A stretch of 64,000 nt of DNA from Minisyncoccota bacterium (GTDB lineage: Bacteria > Patescibacteriota > Minisyncoccia > Phycocordibacterales > UBA6065), in contig DASZXC010000014.1 in NCBI GenBank assembly GCA_035546035.1, forward strand, positions 1,323-65,322, given 5' to 3'. The notes under the pieces are model-generated. The model was given only the letters and a program-made list of their open reading frames with translations, had not been told where the DNA came from and searched no databases. A program made the position numbers and the translations under genes. Shown in pieces: positions 36,685 to 45,970 of this stretch (within the stretch, counting starts at the first letter, position 1; each line of letters opens with the position of its first letter).

Positions 36685-38580
36685 CTATAGGATGCTTTCG
36701 GGGTCTACGTTCACGGCGTATGATGGCGGAAGGCCGCGGAGGCGCTCCAAAAGCTCGCTTTGAGGCCACTCTTTGCGCGGCAATTTGACGAGCGCATGCA
36801 TCACGTATTCCTCTTTGACCGTAGCTATGAATGCAGGGAATACGTCTACCTGGAATCCGGCGAGAGCGACCTTTAGTTTGTCCATGGATTCGAGCACGTC
36901 TTCCTTTTTCCCCGAATGTGAGACTTTGATGAAGGTCGAAAAGGGCGGAAAAGAGAACTGCCTTCGCGATTCGATCTCTTCGCGATAGAAATCGATGATG
37001 TTACCCTTGGCTCCCTGCGAGAGCACGGGCGCTTCGGGGTTCCTGGTCTGGAGGAGGAAGTGCTTGTTCGCTATCGCGCGCAGCTTCAGGATGATGGAGA
37101 ATATCTTTTCATTGATGCGGAAGTCGGGAATGGAGAATAGGGCGTCGAGCGTTCCCACGGCGCAGTAGTCGATAGGGCGGTCAAGGTATCCGAGGGCGAG
37201 CTCCGTGCCTATCAGTATCGATCCGGGCGATGCATACCATCTTTCGGCGATATCGGCGGCTTTCTTGGGGGTCGGCGCCGAGGCTTTGTCCAGGCGCATG
37301 ACCTTTGAATCAGGAAGGGCGGCGGAGAGCTCTTCTTCGAGGCGCTCCGTGCCGATGCCGAGCGTCTTGAGCCTCCACGAGCCGCAGTTCCGGCATTTGG
37401 TGTGGGCGTCGCTTTTCTTGCCGCACCTATTGCACATGAAGAATCGCCGGTCGTCGCTTCCGTGGAGGACGAGCGGCGCGCTGCAGCGGCCGCATGTTAG
37501 GACGTTCTCGCAATCGGAGCATACGGTCTGGGGGGCGAGGCCCTTTCTTCCGGCGAATATGAATATGCTGCTGTTCTCCGCGCGCGCTTTTTTGATGAGA
37601 TCGAGCAATTCATCCGATATGACTCGCACGTCATGGTCGGGATTCTTGTATCTCTTCATGTCCACGAGCGTATCTCGCGCCGTCGAAAGAGAGCGCATCG
37701 CCAGAGGCGCATAGTCCACGAGCTGATCTATGCCCGCACCCTCGTCTTCGCGCCAGAGCGTCTCGACGCGGAGGAACGAGTCGCCGAAGATAAGATCCAT
37801 GCCCGCCTCGCGCGCGTAGCGTTCGGCCAGGAAGCGGTGGTCGAGAAACGGCCGCGATCGCGCTTTGTAGTTTCGCGAGCTTTCATGCTCGACGATGATG
37901 AGCCCGATATCTGAGCGAGGGATAGAAAGGAACGCTCCGGTCGCAACGATGACGATAGGATGTTCGTCTTCGACGGCGGCTTTCCAGCGTTTGAGCGTTT
38001 CGCCTTTGGAGAGACCGCTATGGAACGTATAGGTATAGCGTTCGATGCCCTTTTCGAAATACGAGCAGGCGTTTTTTATATCCTCGACCGAAGGGAGCAT
38101 CATGAATACGGATTCCTTGTGGGCGAAGCGCTCGCGCACGAGGCTCTTGTAATGGCCGTAGCGGTCGTCTTCGCTCTTCTGGAGAACGTAGGATTCGCGG
38201 GGCTTTGATCTCTTCTTGAATTCGCCTGCCTCGGGTATCTTCTCGTAATCGGAAAGGATCGCTGCCGGCACCGATTCGAAGAGGGCGCTTCCGACCGAAG
38301 CTGCGTAGTATCGCGCGGTTTCCTCCACTGCCTTGAAAAATTGAGGCGACATCACGGCGCGCGGGTCGGCGCGCGATATCTTCTTGATCTCGAAATCAGC
38401 CGATTTTATCTCGGATTTAGATTCGGCGGCCGGTTCGGACGACATGACGAGCGCTCCCACCGTTCGCTTGCGGAGGGGAACGCGTATGATCGTGCCGGGC
38501 GCCGCGTCGGCAGGGCTCCAATAGGAAAGGATGTCGGCGCCGATACCGCGCGCTATGGGAATGGCTTTGATGATGCGCAC
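36685..38580 (-). CDS. priA: Primosomal protein N' (PriA) homolog with degenerate ATPase motifs
   Basis: Collinear with PriA (FHSGLS..E.L..W, IVIVATGAFLSIP..IGLIIV, Cys4-Cys4 insert CSDCENVLTCGRC...CNRCG...CRNCGS). The Walker A position reads QKSEDDRYGHYKSL instead of GxxGxGKT, and the DEEH position reads VEHE. Confidence 0.8.
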   Translation of the reverse strand: MRIIKAIPIARGIGADILSYWSPADAAPGTIIRVPLRKRTVGALVMSSEPAAESKSEIKSADFEIKKISRADPRAVMSPQFFKAVEETARYYAASVGSALFESVPAAILSDYEKIPEAGEFKKRSKPRESYVLQKSEDDRYGHYKSLVRERFAHKESVFMMLPSVEDIKNACSYFEKGIERYTYTFHSGLSKGETLKRWKAAVEDEHPIVIVATGAFLSIPRSDIGLIIVEHESSRNYKARSRPFLDHRFLAERYAREAGMDLIFGDSFLRVETLWREDEGAGIDQLVDYAPLAMRSLSTARDTLVDMKRYKNPDHDVRVISDELLDLIKKARAENSSIFIFAGRKGLAPQTVCSDCENVLTCGRCSAPLVLHGSDDRRFFMCNRCGKKSDAHTKCRNCGSWRLKTLGIGTERLEEELSAALPDSKVMRLDKASAPTPKKAADIAERWYASPGSILIGTELALGYLDRPIDYCAVGTLDALFSIPDFRINEKIFSIILKLRAIANKHFLLQTRNPEAPVLSQGAKGNIIDFYREEIESRRQFSFPPFSTFIKVSHSGKKEDVLESMDKLKVALAGFQVDVFPAFIATVKEEYVMHALVKLPRKEWPQSELLERLRGLPPSYAVNVDPESIL

Positions 38581-38625
38581 GGGGAAAGTATAGCAGGGTA
38601 TGAGAATCGGATATACTTACTATAT

Positions 38626-39186
38626 ATGAAAGAGGTTCGTAGGCGGAAATTCATTAAAGACGGCATTGTCGTGGCTCTGAGCATCATCCTTGCAGTGTTT
38701 TTGGCCCGAAGCCCGCTCCTCGGACTGGCGCTCGAAAGCGGTAGGGGCTATTACGTGCTCGAAGCGTTCATCGGAGGACTCTTCTTCACGTCGGTCTTCA
38801 CGACCGTTCCTGCCATAGTCGTCCTGGGCTCGCTGACGGCCATCCATTCGCCGTATGTCGTAGCATTCGTCGGGGGCTTGGGCGCGGTCATAGGAGACCT
38901 CGTCATCTTCAGCTTCCTTAAAAAGCATGTCGCCGATGATATCTCCGACATCATCGTTCATTCGAAGTCGGGGCGGATGAGCCATCTCCTTAAATACAGA
39001 TTCGCGCGATGGTCGCTGGTGCTCCTCGGCGCCCTCGTCATCGCGTCGCCGTTCCCGGACGAGCTGGGCCTCACGCTCATGGGGCTTTCGAAGATATCGC
39101 GACCGAGATTCGCGGCCATCTCGTACATATTCAACACGCTCGGCATACTCGCCATCGCCGCAGCTCTCGCTTTTCGTCCTCTCTAA
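38626..39186 (+). CDS. Hypothetical multi-pass membrane protein
   Basis: ATG at 38626 (MKEVRRRKF), after the convergent priA end. Five hydrophobic helices. Confidence 0.55.
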   Translation: MKEVRRRKFIKDGIVVALSIILAVFLARSPLLGLALESGRGYYVLEAFIGGLFFTSVFTTVPAIVVLGSLTAIHSPYVVAFVGGLGAVIGDLVIFSFLKKHVADDISDIIVHSKSGRMSHLLKYRFARWSLVLLGALVIASPFPDELGLTLMGLSKISRPRFAAISYIFNTLGILAIAAALAFRPL

Positions 39187-39201
39187 GAATAGAATGGGAT
39201 C

Positions 39202-40485
39202 ATGGTAGAAAATTCCTTTAGGATAAGCGGCCTTGGCATTGGCCGGGGGGGCGAGAGGGTCCTTTCGGGTGACATACGCGTAGCGGGCGCGAAGAATGCG
39301 GCGCTCAAGATCATGGCTTCGGCGGCACTCTTCGACGATCATGTCGAACTTTTGAACGTTCCGGAGATCGAAGACGTCAATCGCATGGCCGAGCTCCTCG
39401 AAGGCGTCGGCATGAAGATAGAGAAGTCGGCAGGGAAGCGTAGGATCATCTTGCCCGCGAAGCTCGACCCCGATCTCCCGATGGGTCCCGCGACTGCGAT
39501 GCGCTCTTCCATCGTGCTCACGGGTCCGATGCTCTCCCGCATGGGCCGCGTATCATTCCCGAATCCGGGAGGTTGCTCTCTGGGCAACAGGCCGATCGAT
39601 CTCTTTCTCGACGGATTCCGCCGCATGGGCGCGGAGATCCGCACCGAAGGCGACATGTACGTCGCTCTCGCTCCCGACGGCCTTCAGGGCATGGAGTTCT
39701 TCTTTAAGGTGCAGAGCCACACCGGTACCGAGACCCTGATGATGGCCGCGACGCTCGCGAAGGGCCGTACGGTGCTTAAGAACTGCGCCCTTGAGCCGGA
39801 AGTAAAGTCTCTCGCCGATTTCTTGAACGCATGCGGAGCAAAGATATCCGGGGCAGGCACTTCGACTATTATCATCGACGGCGTTAGAAATCTGACGTCG
39901 AAAGGCATCGTCTATAAGACGATGCCTGATAGGATCGAAACGGGTAGCTTTATGATCCTCGCCGCCCTTGCGGGAAGATCGATCACGATAAGGGACTGCA
40001 TTCCCGGACATGTCGAGATAATCACGGAGATCCTCCGAACGGCGGGAGTCGATGTCTCCGTCGGCGAGAGCGAGATAACGGTCAAGGGGGCGAGCCTCTC
40101 GGCCGTCAATGTGCGCACGCATGAATTCCCGGGCCTTCCGACGGACCTTCAGGCTCCTATGGGCGTGCTCCTGACCCAGGCAGAAGGCGAGAGCGCCCTC
40201 TTCGAGACCATATACGAAGGTCGCCTGGCGTATACGAAAGACCTCGTGGCAATGGGCGCCAAGATCGCTTCGCAGGATACGCACCGCGTGCTTATACAGG
40301 GCCCGACGCCCCTCGCGGGAAAGCGGGTAAAAGCCCCTGACCTACGAGCAGGCATGGCCTTCGTCATCGCAGGCATCATCGCTTCGGGCGAAACGATCGT
40401 AGACAACGCATACGTGATCGACAGGGGATACGAAAATATCGCCGAGCGTCTGACAGCCCTCGGCGTCGATATAAAAAGGGAATAA
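39202..40485 (+). CDS. murA: UDP-N-acetylglucosamine 1-carboxyvinyltransferase MurA
   Basis: GAKNAALKIMAS, NPGGCSLGNRPIDL (catalytic Cys loop); full-length 427 aa. Confidence 0.95.
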   Translation: MVENSFRISGLGIGRGGERVLSGDIRVAGAKNAALKIMASAALFDDHVELLNVPEIEDVNRMAELLEGVGMKIEKSAGKRRIILPAKLDPDLPMGPATAMRSSIVLTGPMLSRMGRVSFPNPGGCSLGNRPIDLFLDGFRRMGAEIRTEGDMYVALAPDGLQGMEFFFKVQSHTGTETLMMAATLAKGRTVLKNCALEPEVKSLADFLNACGAKISGAGTSTIIIDGVRNLTSKGIVYKTMPDRIETGSFMILAALAGRSITIRDCIPGHVEIITEILRTAGVDVSVGESEITVKGASLSAVNVRTHEFPGLPTDLQAPMGVLLTQAEGESALFETIYEGRLAYTKDLVAMGAKIASQDTHRVLIQGPTPLAGKRVKAPDLRAGMAFVIAGIIASGETIVDNAYVIDRGYENIAERLTALGVDIKRE

Positions 40486-40488
40486 GAA

Positions 40489-40515
40489 AAGGCCGCGTCA
40501 GGATGACGCGGCCTT
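40489..40515 (-). terminator. Rho-independent terminator (12-bp perfect inverted repeat)
   Basis: aaggccgcgtca-gga-tgacgcggcctt. A T-rich run follows on the - strand only. Confidence 0.5.
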
Positions 40516-40537
40516 GCAGAAGAGGGAAGAGGATATG

Positions 40538-40969
40538 CTAATTTGCGATCCTCCTTCCTTCAGAGCTGTGGGTAAAGCGGAGGAATGACGTGAAGAGGCT
40601 ATCCATTTTCTCCATCTGCTTGTCGGGCTTGTAGAGCACCACTGCCGACGCAAGCACGGGATCCGGCGACTCTTCCATTTCCGTGATGGTATAGAGCATG
40701 TAATGCTCGCAGCCGAAGGGTCTGTCGTAGCTGCCGGGAACCAGTTTGAAGGCCATGAAGCCTTCCGAGTCAGTTGTGGAGAGCGCTATGCACCTCTCCT
40801 CCGATCCGTCGGGACCGATGGGAAGCGTCCGCTCCGATATATCCGTCTGGCGGAAGCCTTGCGAGAACATACTGATGAGCTTTAGAAGACGCTCCTTCGA
40901 GACCGTCCGTATCGTGTGGGATTGTATTATCATAAGGTTAAAGATCGAGGGTTTGTCTGTAAATTGCAT
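40538..40969 (-). CDS. Hypothetical protein
   Basis: Start at ATG 40969 (MQFTDKPS). The listed longer ORF would overlap the mreB start. No recognisable domain. Confidence 0.45.
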   Translation of the reverse strand: MQFTDKPSIFNLMIIQSHTIRTVSKERLLKLISMFSQGFRQTDISERTLPIGPDGSEERCIALSTTDSEGFMAFKLVPGSYDRPFGCEHYMLYTITEMEESPDPVLASAVVLYKPDKQMEKMDSLFTSFLRFTHSSEGRRIAN

Positions 40970-41030
40970 TATGACAAGCGTCCTGTCAAGTATCGCCGAA
41001 TGGCTCGAAAGCGTATAGTAAGGGCCATAT

Positions 41031-42044
41031 ATGGCGCTTCTCGCTAAAAAGCTCGGCATCGATCTCGGCACCGCGAATACGCTCGTATTCCTTCCCGGAA
41101 AGGGCATCGTGCTCAACGAGCCCTCGGTCGTCGCCGTCTCGGAGCAAGACAATAAGATTCTTGCCGTCGGAAACGACGCGAAATCCATGATCGGCCGTAC
41201 GCCTGAATCCATCATCGCGTACCGCCCGATGAAGGACGGCGTCATCGCCGACTATCGCGTGACCGAAGCGATGCTCCGCTACTTCATAGACAAGGCCTTG
41301 GGCAAATGGAACATCTGGAAGCCTGAAGTGCTCGTCTCCGTCCCCGCGGGCATCACGTCTACCGAACGCCGCGCCGTCGTCGAAGCCGCTATCAGGGCAG
41401 GGGCAAAGAGCGCCTATGTCGTCAAAGAGCCGATTCTCGCCGCTATCGGCGCGGGCATTCCGATCCAGGAAGCGCGCGGCCATATGATCGTCGACATCGG
41501 CGGCGGCACGACCGATGTGGCGGTGATATCGCTTGGAGGCATCGTCGCCTCGACGTCCGTCAAATGCGCGGGCAACCGCATAGACGCGGCTATCGCCGAC
41601 TATATAAAGAAGACGTTCAACCTCGCCATTGGCGACAAGACGGCGGAGGATATCAAGATCCAGATCGGCTCGGCCGTGCCCCTCGAAGAAGAGCTTTCGA
41701 TGATCATCAAGGGCCGCGACTTCATTTCGGGCCTTCCGCGATCGACCGAGATCAAAACGAATGAGATCGTCAAAGCGATCGGCCGCGAGCTCCGCGACAT
41801 GGTAAAAGCCATCAAGGACGTGCTCCAGGAGACGCCGCCGGAGCTCGCCGCGGACATCATAGACCACGGCATCATCATGACGGGCGGTTCGTCCATGCTC
41901 CGCAACCTTCCCGAATTGGTATTCCGCCGCACGGGCGTGAAGGCGATCCTCGCCGAAGAGGCTCTCTATTGCGTCGCAAAGGGCACGGGCATCGCCCTCG
42001 ACCATCTGGATGTCTATAAGAGGACCATCATCGCGAAGCGATAG
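41031..42044 (+). CDS. mreB: Rod shape-determining protein MreB (paralog 1, monocistronic)
   Basis: LGIDLGTANTLV phosphate-1, DIGGGTTD phosphate-2; 337 aa. Confidence 0.95.
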   Translation: MALLAKKLGIDLGTANTLVFLPGKGIVLNEPSVVAVSEQDNKILAVGNDAKSMIGRTPESIIAYRPMKDGVIADYRVTEAMLRYFIDKALGKWNIWKPEVLVSVPAGITSTERRAVVEAAIRAGAKSAYVVKEPILAAIGAGIPIQEARGHMIVDIGGGTTDVAVISLGGIVASTSVKCAGNRIDAAIADYIKKTFNLAIGDKTAEDIKIQIGSAVPLEEELSMIIKGRDFISGLPRSTEIKTNEIVKAIGRELRDMVKAIKDVLQETPPELAADIIDHGIIMTGGSSMLRNLPELVFRRTGVKAILAEEALYCVAKGTGIALDHLDVYKRTIIAKR

Positions 42045-42304
42045 CCTATCGCTTTCTCGTCATTGACGGAGCGCCTGCTGGGGTGTAGGGTATAGCGCAG
42101 TTTCGCTGCACCTCGGATAGCGCTTCAAAATGTCACAAAAAGGGCCGACAACCGGTCCGGTAATCTCCGCCTTGGGCGGCATCAAAACAGCTGCCTTCCG
42201 CCGAAGGTCCGGAATAAATCGTCGGTCGGGTTTACCATAGTGATGCTCGACTCCGAGCGAATGTGAGGCTTTAAAGCTCCGCGGCAACGCGGGGCTTTTT
42301 TCTT
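42045..42304 (+). ncRNA. Candidate structured ncRNA (~260 nt), possibly long-form SRP RNA; identity unverified
   Basis: No ORF on the + strand. Multiple hairpins (CCGCC-UUG-GGCGG; CCUUC-CGCC-GAAGG) and a long-range helix GGCCGAC...GUCGGUC. Contains AGGUCCGGAA, identical to the 10-mer at the SRP helix-8 apex. Ends with an 8-bp stem/GCAA-tetraloop terminator plus U6. It sits immediately upstream of a dnaX/holB-family gene. Confidence 0.3.
42276..42304 (+). terminator. Rho-independent terminator with GNRA tetraloop
   Basis: gctccgcg-gcaa-cgcggggc then ttttttctt. Confidence 0.7.
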
Positions 42305-42318
42305 GCTATGATGAACTT

Positions 42319-42963
42319 ATGTTCAGCCGCGACTCTCTCCACCACGCCTATTTCATAGAAGGGGATAAGGCGCCCGCCCTCGCCGCGGTCGAGGCGTTTT
42401 TATCGGACGGTCTGGGGATCGTTCGGCAGGGCCATCCGGACGTCCACTATGCCGAATACGAATCGCTCGGCATAGGCGAGAGCCGAGCTCTCCGGGAGAT
42501 GCAGGCGATGAAGCCTGTCCGCGGCGACCGCAAGATATTCATACTCGTCGCGGATTCTATGACGAACGAAGCGCAGAATTCGCTCCTCAAGGTATTCGAG
42601 GAGCCGACGCCCGGAACCCATTTCTTCGTCATATCGTCTTCGGCGCGCATCCTCTTGCCGACGCTCCGCTCGCGCATGATAGTGGTCGTCCATGAATCGG
42701 CGAAGAAAAGCGATGCACGTAGGGACGCGAAGAACTTCATTCCTATGTCCCCTAAATCGCGCCTGGCATTCGTTGCGCCTCTAATCGAAGAAAAGGACAG
42801 GGCAAAAGCCGAAGAGTTCCTTCATGCCGTCATCGCCGAGCTCCATCGCGAGAAAAATATGGCGCCCATGAAAGAGCTGCTCTCGCTCGTCTCGTATCTG
42901 AAAGACCGGTCGTCGTCGCTGAAGCTTATCCTCGAGCGCGCGGCGCTCCTCGAGCTTTCGTAG
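42319..42963 (+). CDS. holB: DNA polymerase III delta-prime-like subunit (short; no Walker A or zinc module)
   Basis: HAYFIEG..., box motifs NSLLKVFEEPTPGTHFFV and LLPTLRSRM (sensor-2-like) align to HolB/DnaX domain I-II. Confidence 0.65.
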   Translation: MFSRDSLHHAYFIEGDKAPALAAVEAFLSDGLGIVRQGHPDVHYAEYESLGIGESRALREMQAMKPVRGDRKIFILVADSMTNEAQNSLLKVFEEPTPGTHFFVISSSARILLPTLRSRMIVVVHESAKKSDARRDAKNFIPMSPKSRLAFVAPLIEEKDRAKAEEFLHAVIAELHREKNMAPMKELLSLVSYLKDRSSSLKLILERAALLELS

Positions 42964-42982
42964 TGTGCTATTATCTCGTCAT

Positions 42983-43534
42983 ATGCAATACAACTTTTCC
43001 AAACTTAAGGCAGGTCTCGCTGATACCGAAGCCTGGCTCCAAAAAGAGCTCGGCGCCATCAGGACGAACCGCGCAAACCCTTCTATCCTCGACTCTGTCC
43101 GCGTCGAAGCCTATGGCTCCGATATGGCGATCTCCGGCGTCGCGAGCCTTTCGAATGAAGATCCCCGCACTATCCGCATCACTCCGTGGGACCAGGGCCT
43201 CGTAAAAGCCATCGAGAAATCGATCGTTGTCGCCAGCCTCGGCGTCTCGGTCTCCGTAGACGACAAAGGCATCCGCGTATCGTTTCCCGAATTGACGAGC
43301 GAGCGCAGGAAGGACATCGTCAAAGCCGCCAAAGAGAAATTCGAGCAGGGCAGGATCAATATCAGGAAACATCGCGACGAGGTCATGACGGATATAGACA
43401 AGAAGGAAAAAGAGGGCGGCATGGGCGAGGACGAGAAGTTCCGCTTCAAGGCCGAAGCCCAGAAATTCATAGACGACTCTTCGAAGAAGCTCTCCGACCT
43501 CATGGACAAGAAAGAGAAGGAGATCATGAGCTAA
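42983..43534 (+). CDS. frr: Ribosome recycling factor
   Basis: Collinear with RRF (TNRANPSILDSVRVEAYGS...ELTSERRKDIVKAAKE). Confidence 0.9.
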   Translation: MQYNFSKLKAGLADTEAWLQKELGAIRTNRANPSILDSVRVEAYGSDMAISGVASLSNEDPRTIRITPWDQGLVKAIEKSIVVASLGVSVSVDDKGIRVSFPELTSERRKDIVKAAKEKFEQGRINIRKHRDEVMTDIDKKEKEGGMGEDEKFRFKAEAQKFIDDSSKKLSDLMDKKEKEIMS

Positions 43535-43546
43535 GCCTCAATAATC

Positions 43547-44641
43547 GTGTACATAGTCACATTCTTCATAATCCTCGCCGTGCTGGTGCTCGTGCATGAA
43601 TTCGGGCATTTTTATGCCGCCAAAAGATCGGGCGTGCGCGTGGACGAATTCGGCCTCGGCTTTCCGCCGCGCATCTGGGGCTTCAAAAAGGGCGAGACGC
43701 TCTATTCCGTAAACGCCATCCCGTTCGGCGGCTTCGTCAAGATCTTCGGCGAAAACTATGACGTCGAGCCCTCCGCTTCAGCCGCTCTCGATCCGCGGAG
43801 CTTCGTCGCGAAGCCGCGCTGGGTGCAGACGGTCATACTTGCAGCGGGCATCGTCATGAATATTCTTTTCGCCTGGATATTGTTCTCTGTCGCGTACATG
43901 TCGGGGATGACGACGGGCATTTCAGAGCACGACGCGAAATACATCAGCGATAGCCACGTCATCGTCCTCGATACGTTGCCGGACTCTCCTGCGGTCCGCG
44001 ACGGGCTCAGGGAAGGCGACGCCGTCCTCGCTTATCGAGCGGGCGGAGCGACGACGACCATCAGCGACCCTGCGACCATCCAAGCCGTCACCAGGCAATC
44101 GGGAGGAAGGCCCGTGACGTTCCAGATCGAGCGCCTCGGCAAGCCGCAGTTCGTCACCGTCACACCGGAGAGATCTCCTGACGGGGTATATACTATCGGC
44201 ATATCTATGGATGTCGTCGGCAAGGCCAACCTGCCTTTTCATATCGCTCTCTGGGAAGGAGCGAAACTGACCGGCAGGCTCTTCGTCAATATTTTCGTCG
44301 GGCTCTTCAACCTGATCCATGACGCATTGCTCGGCCGCGCGGACGTGTCGCAGCTCTCTGGCCCGGTCGGCATCGCGCGACTCGTCGGCGACGCATCGAA
44401 GCTCGGCTTCGCATACCTGATGTCGTTCACCGCATTTATATCGCTCAATCTCGCGGCGCTCAACCTCATGCCGTTCCCGGCGCTCGACGGCGGCAGGATC
44501 ATATTCGTCGCCATAGAGGCTGTCCGCCGCAAAGCCATTCATCCGAAGATAGCCAATACCGTGAACGCCATCGGCTTCGGCATCCTTATCGTATTTATGC
44601 TCTTCATCACGTATAAAGACGTGATGAAGATCTGGGGCTAG
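43547..44641 (+). CDS. rseP: RIP metalloprotease RseP (site-2 protease with PDZ domain)
   Basis: HEFGHFYAAK zinc motif, PDZ segment, LDGG in the C-terminal TM region. Confidence 0.9.
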   Translation: MYIVTFFIILAVLVLVHEFGHFYAAKRSGVRVDEFGLGFPPRIWGFKKGETLYSVNAIPFGGFVKIFGENYDVEPSASAALDPRSFVAKPRWVQTVILAAGIVMNILFAWILFSVAYMSGMTTGISEHDAKYISDSHVIVLDTLPDSPAVRDGLREGDAVLAYRAGGATTTISDPATIQAVTRQSGGRPVTFQIERLGKPQFVTVTPERSPDGVYTIGISMDVVGKANLPFHIALWEGAKLTGRLFVNIFVGLFNLIHDALLGRADVSQLSGPVGIARLVGDASKLGFAYLMSFTAFISLNLAALNLMPFPALDGGRIIFVAIEAVRRKAIHPKIANTVNAIGFGILIVFMLFITYKDVMKIWG

Positions 44642-44695
44642 GTCAAGTTACAAAACTTATAAAATAGGCTATTATGGGCGCATTAACGCTATCGT

Positions 44696-45964
44696 ATGCG
44701 CCAGAGCCACCTTTTCACCAAAACCCGTAAAGAAGCCCCCAAAGACGAAGTCTCTAGGAATGCCGAACTCCTCATCCGCGGCGGATATGTCTACAAGGAA
44801 ATGGCCGGCGTCTACGCGTTCATGCCTTTGGGCCTTCGCGTTCTCGAAAAGATCGTCCAGGTCATTCGCGAGGAGATGAACGCCATCGGCGGACAGGAAG
44901 TCTCGCTCACCGCGCTTCAGGACAAAAAGACCTGGGAGAAGACCGGCCGTTGGTCAGACGACGTCGTGGACAATTGGTTCAAGACAAAACTGAAGAACGG
45001 AACCGAGACAGGCCTCGGCTTCACCCATGAAGAGCCTCTCACGGCGCTCATGAAAGACTACGTCCATTCGTATCGCGACCTTCCTCGCGCCGTATATCAG
45101 TTCCAGACCAAATTCAGGAACGAAGAGCGCGCCAAATCGGGCATCATGCGCGGCCGCGAATTCTTGATGAAGGACCTCTATTCGTTCTCGCGCGACCAGA
45201 AGGAGCACGATGCGTACTACGAAAGCGCGAAGAAAGCGTACGTAAAGGTGTTCGAGCGCCTCGGCCTCGGCGACAAGACGTATGTCACGTTCGCGTCGGG
45301 CGGATCGTTCTCGAAATATTCCCACGAATTCCAGACGGTCACCGATGCGGGCGAGGATACCATATACGTAGACGAGAAAAAGAGGATCGCTATCAACAAA
45401 GAAGTGCTTACCGACGACGTCTTGAAAGACCTCGGCGTGAAGCGCGGCGACCTCGTCGAAAAGAAAGCCGTCGAAGTCGGGAACATATTCAGCCTCGGTA
45501 CGAGATTCTCGGACGCATTCGACCTGACGTACGTTGACGATAAGGGCGGCAAGCAGGCTGTCGTCATGGGATCGTACGGCATCGGCCCGAGCCGCGTCAT
45601 GGGCACTATCGTCGAGACGCTCTCCGACAAGGACGGCATCGTATGGCCTGAAGCCGTCGCTCCGTTCAAGGCGCATCTCATCGTCGTGGATTCGAAGGAT
45701 TCGGTCGGCGGTAAGAATGCGGCCCGCGCCGAAGCGGATCGTCTCTACAAAACCCTCTCCGACAAGGGAATAGAAGTGCTCTATGACGACCGCGACGCGC
45801 GACCCGGCGAAAAATTCGCCGACGCGGACCTCATGGGCATGCCGTACCGCATCGTCGTATCCGACAAGGCCCTCGCGGCCGGCGGCTACGAAGTGAAGCA
45901 TCGCGCGACGGGAAAGGCGGAAAGCCTTGCGGAAAAAGAGCTGACGGCTAGACTTCAGAAATAA
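44696..45964 (+). CDS. proS: Proline--tRNA ligase (class II, short bacterial/archaeal-like form without editing insertion)
   Basis: Class II motifs (FRNEERAKSGIMRGREFLMKD motif 2; GSYGIG motif 3), C-terminal anticodon-binding domain. Confidence 0.95.
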   Translation: MRQSHLFTKTRKEAPKDEVSRNAELLIRGGYVYKEMAGVYAFMPLGLRVLEKIVQVIREEMNAIGGQEVSLTALQDKKTWEKTGRWSDDVVDNWFKTKLKNGTETGLGFTHEEPLTALMKDYVHSYRDLPRAVYQFQTKFRNEERAKSGIMRGREFLMKDLYSFSRDQKEHDAYYESAKKAYVKVFERLGLGDKTYVTFASGGSFSKYSHEFQTVTDAGEDTIYVDEKKRIAINKEVLTDDVLKDLGVKRGDLVEKKAVEVGNIFSLGTRFSDAFDLTYVDDKGGKQAVVMGSYGIGPSRVMGTIVETLSDKDGIVWPEAVAPFKAHLIVVDSKDSVGGKNAARAEADRLYKTLSDKGIEVLYDDRDARPGEKFADADLMGMPYRIVVSDKALAAGGYEVKHRATGKAESLAEKELTARLQK

Positions 45965-45970
45965 CGGAAC

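Noticed and set aside
40986-42005. 339-aa - strand ORF
   Set aside because: Antisense to mreB; Arg/Asp-rich artefact.
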